This document shows, one piece after another, positions 25,965 to 41,762 of a stretch of DNA of 64,000 nucleotides. The notes beneath the pieces are model-generated. The model ran no database searches, was not told where the DNA came from, and saw only the letters and a list, made by a program, of their open reading frames with translations. Origin of the DNA: Bigelowiella natans CCMP2755. Lineage: Eukaryota > Protista > Cercozoa. How positions within the stretch are numbered: the first letter of the stretch is position 1; each line of letters starts with the position of its first letter. Where the stretch lies: the NCBI GenBank assembly GCA_000320545.1, contig ADNK01001278.1:1-64000 (forward strand), given 5' to 3'. The translations under genes and the position numbers were made by a program.

Positions 25965-26633
25965 CAAATTCGGTAAATACGGAAATAACAACAAGGGTTT
26001 TGAGCCGGTGCCAAGGGTATAGATTCGATGTAGCCGGTCCGTGGAGTTGTGATACATCTTGTTTCACCAAGGCCTACGGTTCCAAGCATGTCAAGGGGAC
26101 AGGTGAGCGCAGCAGGGTAACAAGGATTTGAGAGAGGGGAGGTGGCGAATGTCGAAACGGGTAGATGATATTGAGAAGACGTCCATCACTACACAAGGAT
26201 CCCCAAGTGGTTGTCTTATGTACAAAAAGTGACATGAACTATGGAACGGGTAGGGGGAAATAAAGAGAGCTGAGGCTTGCTTGACACCTCCATGCAGGTC
26301 CTGTCTTGCTAGTAGACGAATGGAGGAACGATTACAAACGGAGAGATAAGAAGGAGCAGTTTCGAACTGTGAAAGATGAGGAGGATATCCGATTCTTCAC
26401 CCCGGAGGAGGCCCTCATCTTGCATGGATTCCCAGCAAACTTCCGGTTGACAGATTATATCATGTATTGGTTTGTGAAATCTACAACGAAATATGCTGAT
26501 AAAGATCATCTGTTGTTCATTTTGCTCCAGATTTCCTTCTCATCTGACGAGTCGCCAAGCATGGGCCTGCATTGGAAACAGCTTGAATGCGAAGGTGGTT
26601 GCAGCACTACTAGAATTTGCAATCTTTCATTAG
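24282..26633 (+). CDS. TRDMT1: DNMT2/TRDMT1 tRNA (cytosine-38) C5-methyltransferase with N-terminal extension
   Basis: C5-MTase motifs in order: IEFYSGIGGM (I), LSPPCQPFTRAG (IV), IMENVKGF (VI), FGIPNTRLRYY (VIII), the DNMT2-diagnostic CFTKAYG, RFFTPEEALILHGFP (IX), IGNSLNAKVVAALL (X). Confidence 0.93.
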
Positions 26634-27354
26634 CATGCTATTTTGATGAATTACAATGAAGCGAGTGCAACATACATCTCTCGAATAACATGTATGTGAT
26701 GCGTATGCATGCATGTCACATAGTCGGAATTTAGGCTTAGCTGCTATAGCTGAGTATGTTATTAGTGATGGTTGGATTTGCTACGTATGGCGTAATCTAG
26801 GTAGTGCCGCCTTATTAAGCCGCGCGGGCACAGCCTGTGCATAGTCTGATGATGTACATGTTTGCGATGTACGCGCATGGCGTTGGGATACCAAACTAGC
26901 AATACTATAGACACAGTATATATAATATATATACACTATATATGATATATACGTATGTCTATTGTCAATAAAGCTAGAAAGCTTAATAAATTATAAAATG
27001 CGATGTACATTCGCGGTATGCGAAACAAATGTCGGCTTGGGCGCTTAGTTCCTGTGAAGTTGCGAAGACAAGCGTGCACACGTGCAGTCAAGCGCTGTTA
27101 GCAGCATGCGATGCAACAAACGATCGAAGTAGTTACGAACATTTGCATTTCTAACCATTGTACATTGTTTAGATGCTTTCACGACTAATATTGGCTAAAA
27201 TTTGTTCCGATCTTAAGAAACCACACACTACTTTATTTTTGAAGCACGATAGAGCAAAGGCAAGTCACAACGAAGTCAAATTTACATCCATGAACTCACG
27301 TCTACTATGCTAATCTATAAACGAGATCCCCGCTCTAGCGCTACTATGCAGCAT

Positions 27355-30446
<3,092 letters not shown>

Positions 30447-30840
30447 GCTGGTCTTCTCGTGAACGCCAGGTTTAGAATGGGGGTGAGTGTGCCTCGTATG
30501 GACTGACTGAGTGGGGGTAGGCAGGCGAACAATGGAATGTCACTCGAGAATACAGTATAATCGCAGTCAATTCTCTATTTGCGTCTTGATCACTCCCATG
30601 TCGCAAGGGAATATTGGCACTAATTACTCATCGCCGAAATACATGTGACTAGCAAGGCATGACGTTTTCCCAAAACCGCAGAATCCATAGAAATTTAGGA
30701 AAAAATATTAGGAAAATATTTCGAATGTGTGATGATGACGATGATGTCGCAAATGCAAGAGAGAGGGGCATCTTGCTTTTCTTGCTTTTCTTTTGCCTTA
30801 CTTTCTTTCTTCTACGAGTGTCCACCAGCTTGAGCTTTTG

Positions 30841-31621
30841 CCTCAGCATTTTTTTGTCAGATCCCATTCTGTTTCCCACATGGACGCTCTGCGTCTCGCT
30901 CAACAATCCTTTCCATCACCAGGATCTGCACCGCTGTGATGTGCTGTTTCGGACACATGGCTGCAGCTTCAGCTTTTTTGTCAGCTGTGCATGACATTGT
31001 TGTCGATGATTCTCTGGAAAAAGTTTGTGGGTGTCACCAGCTTCGATGGAAGTCTGGAAAGTTGCAAGTGCACGTGCAGGGCGGAGACACTTGCCTGGTG
31101 TGCGTGGCTTTGCATCGCACTGCAGTGACGTGCACGTTCTAGACGTTGTTGACGTGCTCAGAAACTTGGAAACACTTTGTCGATTTCATTTGACAAAAGC
31201 ACGAGGTGGCTCACAGCTAGAGACAAAGCAACGTGTCCCTTCATTGGGCGGAGAATGTTTGATGTCACTGGGTCAGCTCGTCGTGTCGTTGGTGCGTCAC
31301 GTCATTGTTCTCACATTCAGCATTGTCCAGCAAATTGTCCAGATGTGTGGATGATCACAGGGACCTACAGGGTCCGCACATGATCGATCGATCCAGCTTT
31401 GCAAAGTTTGATGATCAAACAAAGCTAGAAAGGCCACTCAATCATTCACATGCATGTTCATTTGGTTGCATGCTAGCATCATGCCATCTAGCTATGTGTT
31501 GTGGGCAATGAAGTGCCCTCGGTCAGATGAGCAACCAGATGCGCTACTGGCTAGTGTGCCTTGTGTGCCTTCCCTTCATGCTAGCATGCAACACTGAAGA
31601 CGGTCAAAACCAAAAAGTCTA
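30841..31621. other. TpA-depleted tract, possibly a decayed coding or mobile-element relic
   Basis: 11 TA in ~780 bp, all preceded by C (7 CTAG); none in 30841-31138. Confidence 0.9.
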
Positions 31622-31824
31622 ACGAAGTGAATGTTGCGCCTCGCCGCTCATTAGCGACAATCACAGAATGCATGATGATTGTGGCGGGCTATAGCGGGAT
31701 ACGCATGTACTTGAACAAAAATCCTAGAGTTGTTACGTTGTCAATGTGTCACATGTACAACATGTGAAAAAGTAGGAATTTAATGGGTATGTCCGCCCGT
31801 CACTGCCCTTTCAATCTCGATGAC

Positions 31825-32738
31825 TCAAGCATTCAATGGAGCTGCTGGCCAAAACGGAATTTTGTATCCTACTGAATCCAAGACATTGTCAAATTTTCTA
31901 TCAAGTTCAGCTTCAAGCATCCCTATTCTTGAAACTTGGCCATCAGCATATTTCATGTATCTGTTCTCTTCTTCTTCCAGACCTGTGAAATTCGAATCAG
32001 AATACTACTCATTTCATTTTGATAATTTTCAATAAGTTCGTTAACCTTGATCTTCAATGGAGTAAAGTTTCTTCAACTGCTCCCTCTCTTTTCTCTTCTT
32101 TTCTGTGTAGAGAATGGCAAAGATTAGCTAAGGAGTACAACCTCTTCTTAGAATTTATCTACTTTCAGAGCGACGAATGCGTTGCTGGTACAATATTTCC
32201 AGCAATTCATTCGAAAGTGAAATATTTTCATCGCTTTTTCCATCTTTATCTTCTTCATCAAAGTCCGATTTTCCCCATTCAGTCTTATTGATTGTGTTTG
32301 AGCTAGGCGAATTTTCCTCGATGTATCTCTCGTACGCTCGTTGCCACTCAGCATCACTCCCATTGTAAAAATATTGGAACTCCGCCCTCGAGTAGCGTTT
32401 GCCATCAGCTGGGTCTATTAGCTATAAACATGTACAACATAAGTGCCAAAAAAATTGGGATCATGAAACTAGTCTATGATGCCCCAAACAACACCTAATA
32501 CCTTTAGTTCGTCCACAAGGTGACTGGAGCTAAAGGCATTTTCCTCCCTGTAAGACCCAAGTTTGGAAACTCACTACGAAATAAAGTAGCATCTAATGGA
32601 AAATTTACTCTACCATTGGTCTCTGCTCGAATAGAAAGCCTCAAACTCAAGTAGTGTATACCGCTTCCCGTCTGTTGGGTCTATCCTGGTTTCATCCTGT
32701 TGTCGACGGTGACTATTAGGGATTATCTTCGGCTCCAT
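31825..32738 (-). CDS. Gemin8-like protein with two N-terminal DPxDGKRYxxxEFxxFY..W repeats (start uncertain, may extend upstream)
   Basis: Spliced: RIDPTDGKRYTLLEFEAFYSSRDQW; DPADGKRYSRAEFQYFYNGSDAEW; ISLSNELLEILYQQRIRRSE/KKKRKEREQLKKLY; EEEENRYMKYADGQVSRIGMLEAELDRKFDNVLDSVGYKIPFWPAAPLNA*, resembling the Gemin8 C-terminus from memory. Confidence 0.65.
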
Positions 32739-32759
32739 GCCTTGTGTGCCCCTGTAATT

Positions 32760-34376
32760 AACATTGGTCGGAGGTGGGTAAGCATCTCCGCAGGCATGTC
32801 TCAGTGCAATTTGGAACGCGATGGCATCGAATGCGGAGCCCGCCATCAGCCGAGGAAAGCAATTCGGGTCGCCATGCCCTGGAAGCCGACTGATCTTTGA
32901 GAAGGCAGAGCTGCGCAAAGAGTGCGGTGTCCAACCACATAACCACCGGCAGATTACCGACCTTTTTTATCTAAGTAAGTTGTTTTCATGAATAACACAC
33001 TTCTCATGATGATGAGATTCTGAAAAAGGCATGAGATGTTTATCCGATGAGATTTAAACCGATATTGCTCCGTTCCGGCGAAACTGCCTTAGCGAAGATA
33101 TTTTCATGTGATCAAATTTGAATTGTCGCAGGGACGAAATCCCCTTATATTTCATCAGCCAAGGGCGCTCCTGTGCTCTCAGGCTCTCAGAGATTGCTGC
33201 CTAGATAATAAGTAGTATGGGCCTCGGAATTGATGGCGGAGGGGAAGGGCAAGGTGGCGATTCTCAAGGCGGAGGAGCTGATGAAGGCGAAGCGTGGTGG
33301 ACAGAAATCATAATGGGAATAGGTTCTTCTCGATTTCCTCCATTCTCCGAGGTTGAAATTTACTTCCACATCGAATTCTCAGACACGTGGGCCCAGAACA
33401 TGCTCCGGAAGCCAGTGAAACGACTCCGGTAGATGATTTGCTCTACTTTCCACACATTCACGTTGCCTAAAAGGTTACTGTAAACTTGATATGGAAGGAA
33501 ATTGCGCAAGCTGTTGGAGGAGAAGAAATATAGAAAATTTGGTCTATATCTTTATCTATCATACAAACCACCTAGTGTGACATTTACTTAATCCTACCAG
33601 CATGGTACTTGATCGGAACGAGTATACATGGCGCTTTCTCATGGAGTGTGATAAAACTTCTTCACTCTAGATTTGGGTACGTCATAGAAACCTATCAGTA
33701 TCCATTCTTCATCGATGTGTCTTCTGCCATTGTCACAGGATTGAGTACACTGTGTTGATATCCTCACAACTCGTCGGCAAAGTTGTCAATAAAGCCCTTA
33801 AGCTACATTTTAACCAAAAAAGGTATTCTCACGCATTACACACCAAGTTCGATACAGTTTACTCAATTTATTGGCTTAATTGATCTGCATTGCAGGCCTA
33901 GCGCATCAGGGAAGACTTCGAATGGGATGCCCAGCTATCATTCCCAACACGCCTTCTTCTTCGCTTCGTATCTCATCCAAAACAGTATAATCCCTCCTGA
34001 GTACTGGCCTTTACCGATATCAGCAGCCTGTCTCGTGGCATATTCCAGGTTGTCTGTCGGCAATTTCATATCAAATGGTGGTGAGATACATGATGAGAAT
34101 AGCGATGTGGCTATGAGAAGGATGGTGATGATGATGATGATGATGATGATAGTGAGTTCTCCTTCCTGTATGACAATTAGAGTCGGCATCCAAATGCACA
34201 GCTTCGACCAAGTAATAGGTTTGTTCCTCAAAAATTGTATGCGACGTTTCTTCCGAACCTTACATAACCAATGTCATTCATTCAGTTGGCAGTTGCGTAG
34301 GCATGGCACAGTCTTGGTTCTCAACCCTCCTCGTCACTATCCTCAAAAATAAGTTTCTCTCCGATTCATCCCCCAT
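32760..34376 (-). CDS. Multi-exon hypothetical protein (or 5' part of the Gemin8-like gene)
   Basis: MGDESERNLFFEDSDEE / GSEETSHTIFEEQTYYLVEAVHLDAD; LPTDNLEYATRQAADIG; AAISESLRAQERPWLMKYKG with GT-AG boundaries; frame not fully resolved. Confidence 0.4.
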
Positions 34377-35042
34377 GGTGATCGTTCACATAATATAGCA
34401 ATCCGGAAAATAGAAGCAGCGGAGGTGGAGATGCTTTATTCATAATATGTATGCTGCCTTGCCTTCATCATTTACCTGGTATGCGACGATTAAATAGCTT
34501 GTTGCACGAAGAACGCAGTAAGAAATTTCATACCAATTACCTCCTAAGAATATCGGTTGATTTCACAGATATGCATGACGGTATTAGACATTTATACCAT
34601 ATCAATATAAATATCAGTGTAGCATTGCATGTACAATCATGTTTATCTTGCCCGTCGGCTGCGTGTCACACGATGAATGCTGTTACGCTGTTAAATCTAC
34701 ATGAAAGCCCAATATTTCGTGCAGCAGAGCTAGACACATATCACATTATAGATACTTTGCTGCGTGCTTTGTATTCGTCTCTGCTTACGCGAGAAATTCA
34801 CCAGCTGCGACTCTTTCCTCTAAGTTACGCTCGGGTGGGCTGCATCCCTATATTTTGCGTCTCAAAGGCTGGCACTTTGATGAAAATCGATAGACACACA
34901 TGCGTTTTATCAGTGGGTATAGTCTATAAGAAGGTAATATGCTACTATAGATTTGATTCTAGACTCATTCGAAACTGACAATACCATGTACTCCACAACG
35001 ATTAAAATATGTCGTAAACTACCGGCGACGTGATCGTCAACT

Positions 35043-36218
35043 TTAACACATCAAGAATCCATGCGAATTCATAACACTACGTCTTTGGGTTCTGTTAGAT
35101 CTTGGGAGGTAATTCTTCATACAGTGCCAATAAGTTGCTGATGTACACAGTACCCTCCTTTGGTTTTCGGCTCGCACATATCTCTGATCAATCCGAAAAA
35201 AATACATGCTATCGCCCCAACCTTTTGTGGCCAACTTATAATAACCTTCTGGTGAACATCTAAAATTAAAACTAGAATATTTCAAGAAATCTTGGATAAT
35301 ATCCCTAAACTGTCTTGCTGTTCCTCCAAAAAGCTTGTTGGCTCCTCGAAAGTTTGCAAAAAATGTCTTGTCTGAAACCCCACCATTTCCACATGCGCGA
35401 TCCACAACTACATTAGCTTTATTTTCATGTGCGAAACTCATCATCCGAGTTGCATTGTAGAATAAGTGACGTGGCGTATTCCAAAGATACACGGTGTCTT
35501 CCCTCTCCCAGAGCACATGCGAATAATTGTATGCATTGATCATCTGTTGTCCCAAGTGCCTCAAGTAAAGCTGTACATACCAGCTGGGCCAACGATCGTC
35601 AAAATGCTGTCCACATGCAGAGCTCTCTGCTTTTTTCCTCCACATTTTATTGGCCTCATTGAAACTTCTCGTAATTTGTTCATGGGACACGGACTTAATA
35701 TGAACCCTCCTAGCACCGCTCCCTTGGAAAAATCCTTTTATTACTTTCACTTCAAAAGCGTCATCTTCGTAGGGCGGACAAACTGCCGCCGGGGGGTGTG
35801 CCTCAGGGTTTCCAAATCCTTCCTGTAAGACCAGGAACACATCGACTGGACACTCTCCAAATAAATATCCGAGAGCACTCCCGTCTTTCGATGAAGAGAA
35901 ATTCAAGAAGTGATATCGATCACGGTAGATGAATCTTCGGTACAAACCAGTAATGAGAATAGCGGTAGTGTGTGTACATTGAGATGCTGCTTCATTACCG
36001 TCGACCCTTTCCACATAATCGAATGTTTTTGCTTGAACGATGGTTAGAGAATTTTTCGTGTTGTACTTGCTTGTGACTCCTCCTCCTTCATCATGTACTT
36101 GCAGCATTATCAATTTGCTTCGGAAGAGGTCTGGGTGAATGCCCCGGAAGATCATGTACGTACCCATGACAAGCACCCCCAAGCTGAATCCCTGGCTAAA
36201 ATCTCGGCTCGATTTCAT
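35043..36218 (-). CDS. Intronless 391-aa type II membrane protein, putative glycosyltransferase-like
   Basis: Long ORF; N-terminal TM (GFSLGVLVMGTYMIF); motifs AILITGLYRRF, VDVFLVL, YSHVLWERED, GGVSDKTFF resemble uncharacterised GT-like protist/viral families. Product call is weak. Confidence 0.7.
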   Translation of the reverse strand: MKSSRDFSQGFSLGVLVMGTYMIFRGIHPDLFRSKLIMLQVHDEGGGVTSKYNTKNSLTIVQAKTFDYVERVDGNEAASQCTHTTAILITGLYRRFIYRDRYHFLNFSSSKDGSALGYLFGECPVDVFLVLQEGFGNPEAHPPAAVCPPYEDDAFEVKVIKGFFQGSGARRVHIKSVSHEQITRSFNEANKMWRKKAESSACGQHFDDRWPSWYVQLYLRHLGQQMINAYNYSHVLWEREDTVYLWNTPRHLFYNATRMMSFAHENKANVVVDRACGNGGVSDKTFFANFRGANKLFGGTARQFRDIIQDFLKYSSFNFRCSPEGYYKLATKGWGDSMYFFRIDQRYVRAENQRRVLCTSATYWHCMKNYLPRSNRTQRRSVMNSHGFLMC

Positions 36219-36659
36219 CTCGTCCTAGCTCTACCTAAACTCCCCCCCAGCTCAAGTGCTTGAGGTGTTCCTTTTCGTTCGATGCAACTCACAGATTCGA
36301 GCACGGCGATGCACAGGAGGACGACTTGGTATTCTCCATGCAGTCAAAATCAGACTTTTTTTTAGGCAAAATTCCGCGGTTTCGATCGTAAGCAAGAACT
36401 GAATCCAGTTGGGGTTTTCAAGTGATACGACATGAGTGAGTGTTTGTCGTACGACGCGTAATTTTCGGTCTACGACGTCGCTTCAGTAAATCAAGTTGGA
36501 CAGCATTTTATCGTTAAAACTTCTGACCGCTGAACACTCTGCCGGTGGTCAGAAATTTTACAAGAAGAAGACGCAAAACGATGAGCGAGACAAAACGCCG
36601 ATCATGTCGCAACTTTGATTTCGCTTGGACCACATCTCTTGGTTGGCTGTTGCAAAAGA

Positions 36660-38644
36660 ATGGCGGCCAGTCGTTCCGGCAGGTGTGCTGAAACGACGAG
36701 GATGGCCACGTCTGCTAAGTTAGGATTATTCTTCATCGCCTTGCTGGCACTGATAGTGGTCTGAACCTTTTGTATCATAGTCCTTGATTTTATGCAAAAG
36801 GGCTTCTGCTCGTTCTGCTGCTCGTTCATTCTTATCTCGTTTTTACCGATGGCCTCCCGTGGTGTAGGACGGTAGGTTTGAGAACATAATGATATGCTAT
36901 CTCTGCTATGTGACAGACCACCAGTTTCAAAAGAATGGCGACAGGTCATATTGGGTCATCACAGCGGCATTCTTCAGTATCCATATCATCATCACTCCCA
37001 GCATCGGCTGCAAAGTCTCTGCCATTTCCATCACGGCAGTCCGTGAAATTCAAGCCTCTTGGTCCTCGTCGCCGCTTCCTCAAACGATGCAATGCTGATA
37101 TAGGGGTTTGAATCCAAAAAACAATAAAACAAACCTACGGCATCTAGCATTCCCCAAGCAATCGTCCTGATGATGAGAGAGCACACCATGCCTAATTACT
37201 TGTGTACTTTCGCTTTTAGCCGCGAGAGGTGGAGGTCGATATGATGCCGGTGAACGACGCTCTCCGATCCGCTCGGTATAAAAGGGATAATGACTAAATA
37301 GTGACAATCAGTTACTCAAAATCACCTTAAATTGAAAGAATTCTCAAACTTAAAATGAACGAAACAGTCTCTTAAATAGCAGTGAGCCAGCAATTTCCTT
37401 GTATCTCATTTGTTCTATAAAATAAATAGCCAAAATGGTGGTGGTGGACTCCAGAAGGGGTCGTCATCATCATCTTCGAGTTTAGAGTACACTTCTCGCT
37501 CGGATGCCGCGGCGATGGTCATAGCACTCACATCCTCAAAACAGAAACGTTCTTTCAAAAAATTGAGCGAGCCGTTAACAAATGCACCATAACCTACTGC
37601 CTACATACTTTGGAACTTCTGATATACTTAGCATGCTTAACATTCTCTGTGTGTTTGATGGTTGCGTGAGGAGTACATGTATTCAATGAAGACTTGATTC
37701 ATTGGTCAATTATTGATTAATCATTTTCTTCAGGCTCGTGAGATGAAGAATATCGCTCGGAATCCAGCTCTTCTCGATGTACTAACCGTGCTTGATTCGT
37801 TATTATCCAACCATTGTACACGTGCGTAAAATATGATATCTGTGCGTGTGTGCGTGCATCATGTTCAGGTGATATACTCGGACCCATATGTACCCGCAGA
37901 GCTTGACGCCGCCCTCAAAAATAATAAATTCGAGGTAATTGTATAGAGTTCACAGCGACCATGATGATTGTAGCGGTAATTATATAGAGTTCACAGCGAC
38001 CATGATGATTGTAGCGGCCAATGCTACTTTCGATGACGAGTATTTTCTCTCGCTTCTTCCCCTCCACCCTCGATAGGTGGCACAGCGCGGCGCAACTGTG
38101 ATAAGCTCCCTGGGTTCCTTCATTGCCAAAACCCTCCTTCTGTAAGCTTTAAGTCGCACTCTAACGATGATGATACGTAGCCAGAAATACCTATGAGGAT
38201 GATCTCTTTCGCCAGTATTGATCAGAACATTCTGTCGTTGGATGCTCAACTCATAGTCGCATGCCGCTTGCTTTGGGACACACCGCCTTTCTCTTCCTCT
38301 TCTTCTTCTTCTTCTTCTTCTTCTTCTTCTATTACAGGTATTCTGCAGGCAACTTGGAAGCGTCGAAGGGAGAGCTCGCCCAGGAGCTCAAGATAAGACT
38401 CATCAACCTAGGGCCTTCGTTTGTCAAGTTCGGTCAGGTTCTCGCCAAAACTACGAGCGAATACTAATAATTCGAGTATTGTACACACACACACACACAC
38501 ACATACACACATATAGGCTCTGTCCACTCGGCCGGATGTTACCCCACCCGAGTTCATTGAGGTAGTACCGTGCATTTAGCATGCATTGAGGATGACTCCA
38601 GTTCTAAACAAGATGACTTTTGACGGAGGCGGCGGCGCTAAGCA

Positions 38645-38688
<44 letters not shown>

Positions 38689-39122
38689 TGTATGAATATG
38701 TAAAAATGTGATATAAACACAGGTTCTCTCGAGCTTACAGGACAAGCTTCCCTCTTTTCCAGATGACACGGTACTGATCGCCTTTCGATATATTTCGAAA
38801 AGGAAGAAGTATATAACAGGGGGGGGGTTCATGAAAAAGAGGAAGGCGGGTGCAAAAGCCGACATCAACCAAACAAATGGGCCTAGATATGCATCCGATG
38901 TCGGCAATATTCTTACTTCTCATCCTCTTCCTAACAACTCGGCATGCATGCATGGTGCTGCTGCTGCTTCTTGTCGTGGCGACTTTCTTCTTAGGCCCGT
39001 GCGCTGATAGAATCAGAGCTCGGAAAACCGATTGACTCCATCTTTTCTGAGTAAAAACGAGCACTGTTTTTTGATGATGATGATGATGATGACGACTAAC
39101 AAAAATAGACGTTCGCATCATG

Positions 39123-39169
<47 letters not shown>

Positions 39170-39710
39170 TGATACATGTTGAGTACACATGGGGTGGGGC
39201 AGTGATTGCTGGGTACGTACATTGTCGGGTTTGATCGACACTAATTCAGGGCTGCATTTTGTTCTCCCTGAAACCTCTCTCTCTTTCTCTCATTTCCTCC
39301 TTCCTTGCTGCTTCTTCATGATCATTATCTCTTTTGTGGTTGATTGGTTCTCCGCAGAATATCTTCGGAACCTGTAGCTGCTGCCTCTTTAGGGCAAGTA
39401 TACAAAGGCAAGTTGATATCTGGCGAGGAAGTTGCAATCAAGGTAACATTTGTACTAACTAGAATAAGTGGTGGTAGAAGTAGCGCTGTAGCAGTTTTTC
39501 GCAGTATATATTACCTGCTACTACTACCACTGCTACTACTACTTTTTGACGTTGACAGCAGGGCATCATTGAGTGTTATTTTTTTTATGATGTACCATTT
39601 ATTGATGATTTGTGGATGAGGACAGATAGTAATAGTAGTAGCAGTAGTAGTAGTAGTGGGAGCAGTAGTCGTAGGCGCTCACTAGGTATTGTGCGTGGGT
39701 GTGTGTTTGC

Positions 39711-39749
<39 letters not shown>

Positions 39750-40165
39750 TCAACGATCGAAAGGTGCAACGACCGAATATCGTGGAGGGAATTAGCATCG
39801 ATATGCTGCTACTCAGGAGACTTACACAATGGGTAGTAGTAGTAGTAGAGACGCAGCAGCATTATTAGTAGTATTAGTAGCCGTACGACGGAAATACTTC
39901 CTACGATACTAATCGTTATTATTACAGGTTGATGCAAACGTCAATATCGGGCCTCTTGCAACATCGGTCCTTACCCCTCTTGTCGATGAATTCGCGGCAC
40001 GGTAGGGTGCTAACATGCGTGCATGCAAGCACGGCGTCTGCAAGCTGTTTACCCCCAATTACCTACCCTCTCACTCCTTTATGGTCGTTCTCTTAACCTG
40101 TGGTCATTAGTCTTTTTGGAGAGCTGGACTATATTAAAGAGGTATAACGGCCTGCAACACACCGT

Positions 40166-40223
<58 letters not shown>

Positions 40224-40984
40224 CACACACACACATTTATCTATTTATACGCGCGTGTGTGTATGCGTGTAGTAGTGGTAGCAGCACATGTCCACTGTAC
40301 ATAATATGTTGCCTTGCTGCTGAAGCCGAGACGCAGCCATCGTATCCTTTTGCTCGCAAGCGACTTTACAGCAGTAAGATGTGTGTGATATGACGTGATT
40401 GTCTCTTGTCACCTAAAAGGGCAAATCGGCGGAGAGGTTTGCGGAGCTGTACGCTGGGAAAAGAGGTAACTACATTGACTCCGCTTCGATCGTCGTTCGT
40501 ACAGTGTTTCAAAGGCCCTTTCTAGAACAAGAGCAACGTCTTTGCTCCATCGCCTTTCTTCTTCACGAATGAGGGAATGAGGAAGAAGAAGGAGAAGATT
40601 ATGATTTACGTGCTGACTGTTGATGCTATTGCCGACCCGTTGGTTATCGTTGTCGTTGTTGCCACCAACGCCCTCTACAAATCATCAGGTTTGGAGGAAA
40701 TCACAGCCCCGAAGATCTATTGGGAGGCTACTTCAAAACGTGTGCTCACAATGGAGTGGATCAACGGTCCCCCCCCCCCATCCCCCCCCCAGCCCTCCCT
40801 CTCTGTTTCCCTCACCCCCTCGTCCCTCCGCTTACAACCCACTTGGTACTCGATGGGATTCTGTGAGACTGGGTTGCTGCGTAGTTTGTGTGTGATGGGT
40901 TCTAATCGCTATATCACCTACCTTCTCAGGTGTAAAATTGACTGATACCGAGAAGATCAAGCAAATGGGCTTTAAGGCACAAAG

Positions 40985-41075
<91 letters not shown>

Positions 41076-41181
41076 CCCATGCACGCGCGCACAGCACTTC
41101 AATCACTTCCCCTGAAGCCTTGGTCGGGGGTGCTGCATTGTCACACACAGGGAGGGGAGAAGACCTCTTCGATATTCTCCA

Positions 41182-41213
<32 letters not shown>

Positions 41214-41666
41214 TCTTGTTATCTGCCAAAATGATTATGTTAGTCATCATGCTGCTGCTACGTCTGTAGGAGATCGATTTCGTCAATATGGGAGTGCAGT
41301 GCACGTTGAGGTAGACCACATGGAGGGGAGGGGGAAGGGGAAGGAGAGGGGAATGAGGAAGAGTAAGTCCGGTGATAATTCACCGAGAAAGTCAAACGAG
41401 TGTACATTGTCATCGTTAGAGACTTTTATCGCTACATTGACCGTCGGTGGCGAAGTTCTTTTTATTATCACACACTGCTAGATACTGCAAGCATGCATGC
41501 TCGTTTGTAGTTGTTGTCGTTGTTGTTGTTGCTGTTAATATTATTATTGCTACCGTTGGCGATGAGATTGTCTGCCGGTAATGTGATACAATGCTAACAA
41601 CAACAGGCAGCTTCTCGAAGAAGGGTTCTTCCATGCAGATCCACATCCTGGTAATTTACTACTACG

Positions 41667-41698
<32 letters not shown>

Positions 41699-41724
41699 CA
41701 CTACTTTGCTACGGTGTATGCATG

Positions 41725-41762
<38 letters not shown>

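Noticed and set aside
24282-26633. The C5-methyltransferase as the enzyme behind the TpA signature
   Set aside because: The CFT motif identifies DNMT2, a tRNA cytosine methyltransferase; cytosine chemistry cannot drive T:A->C:G changes.
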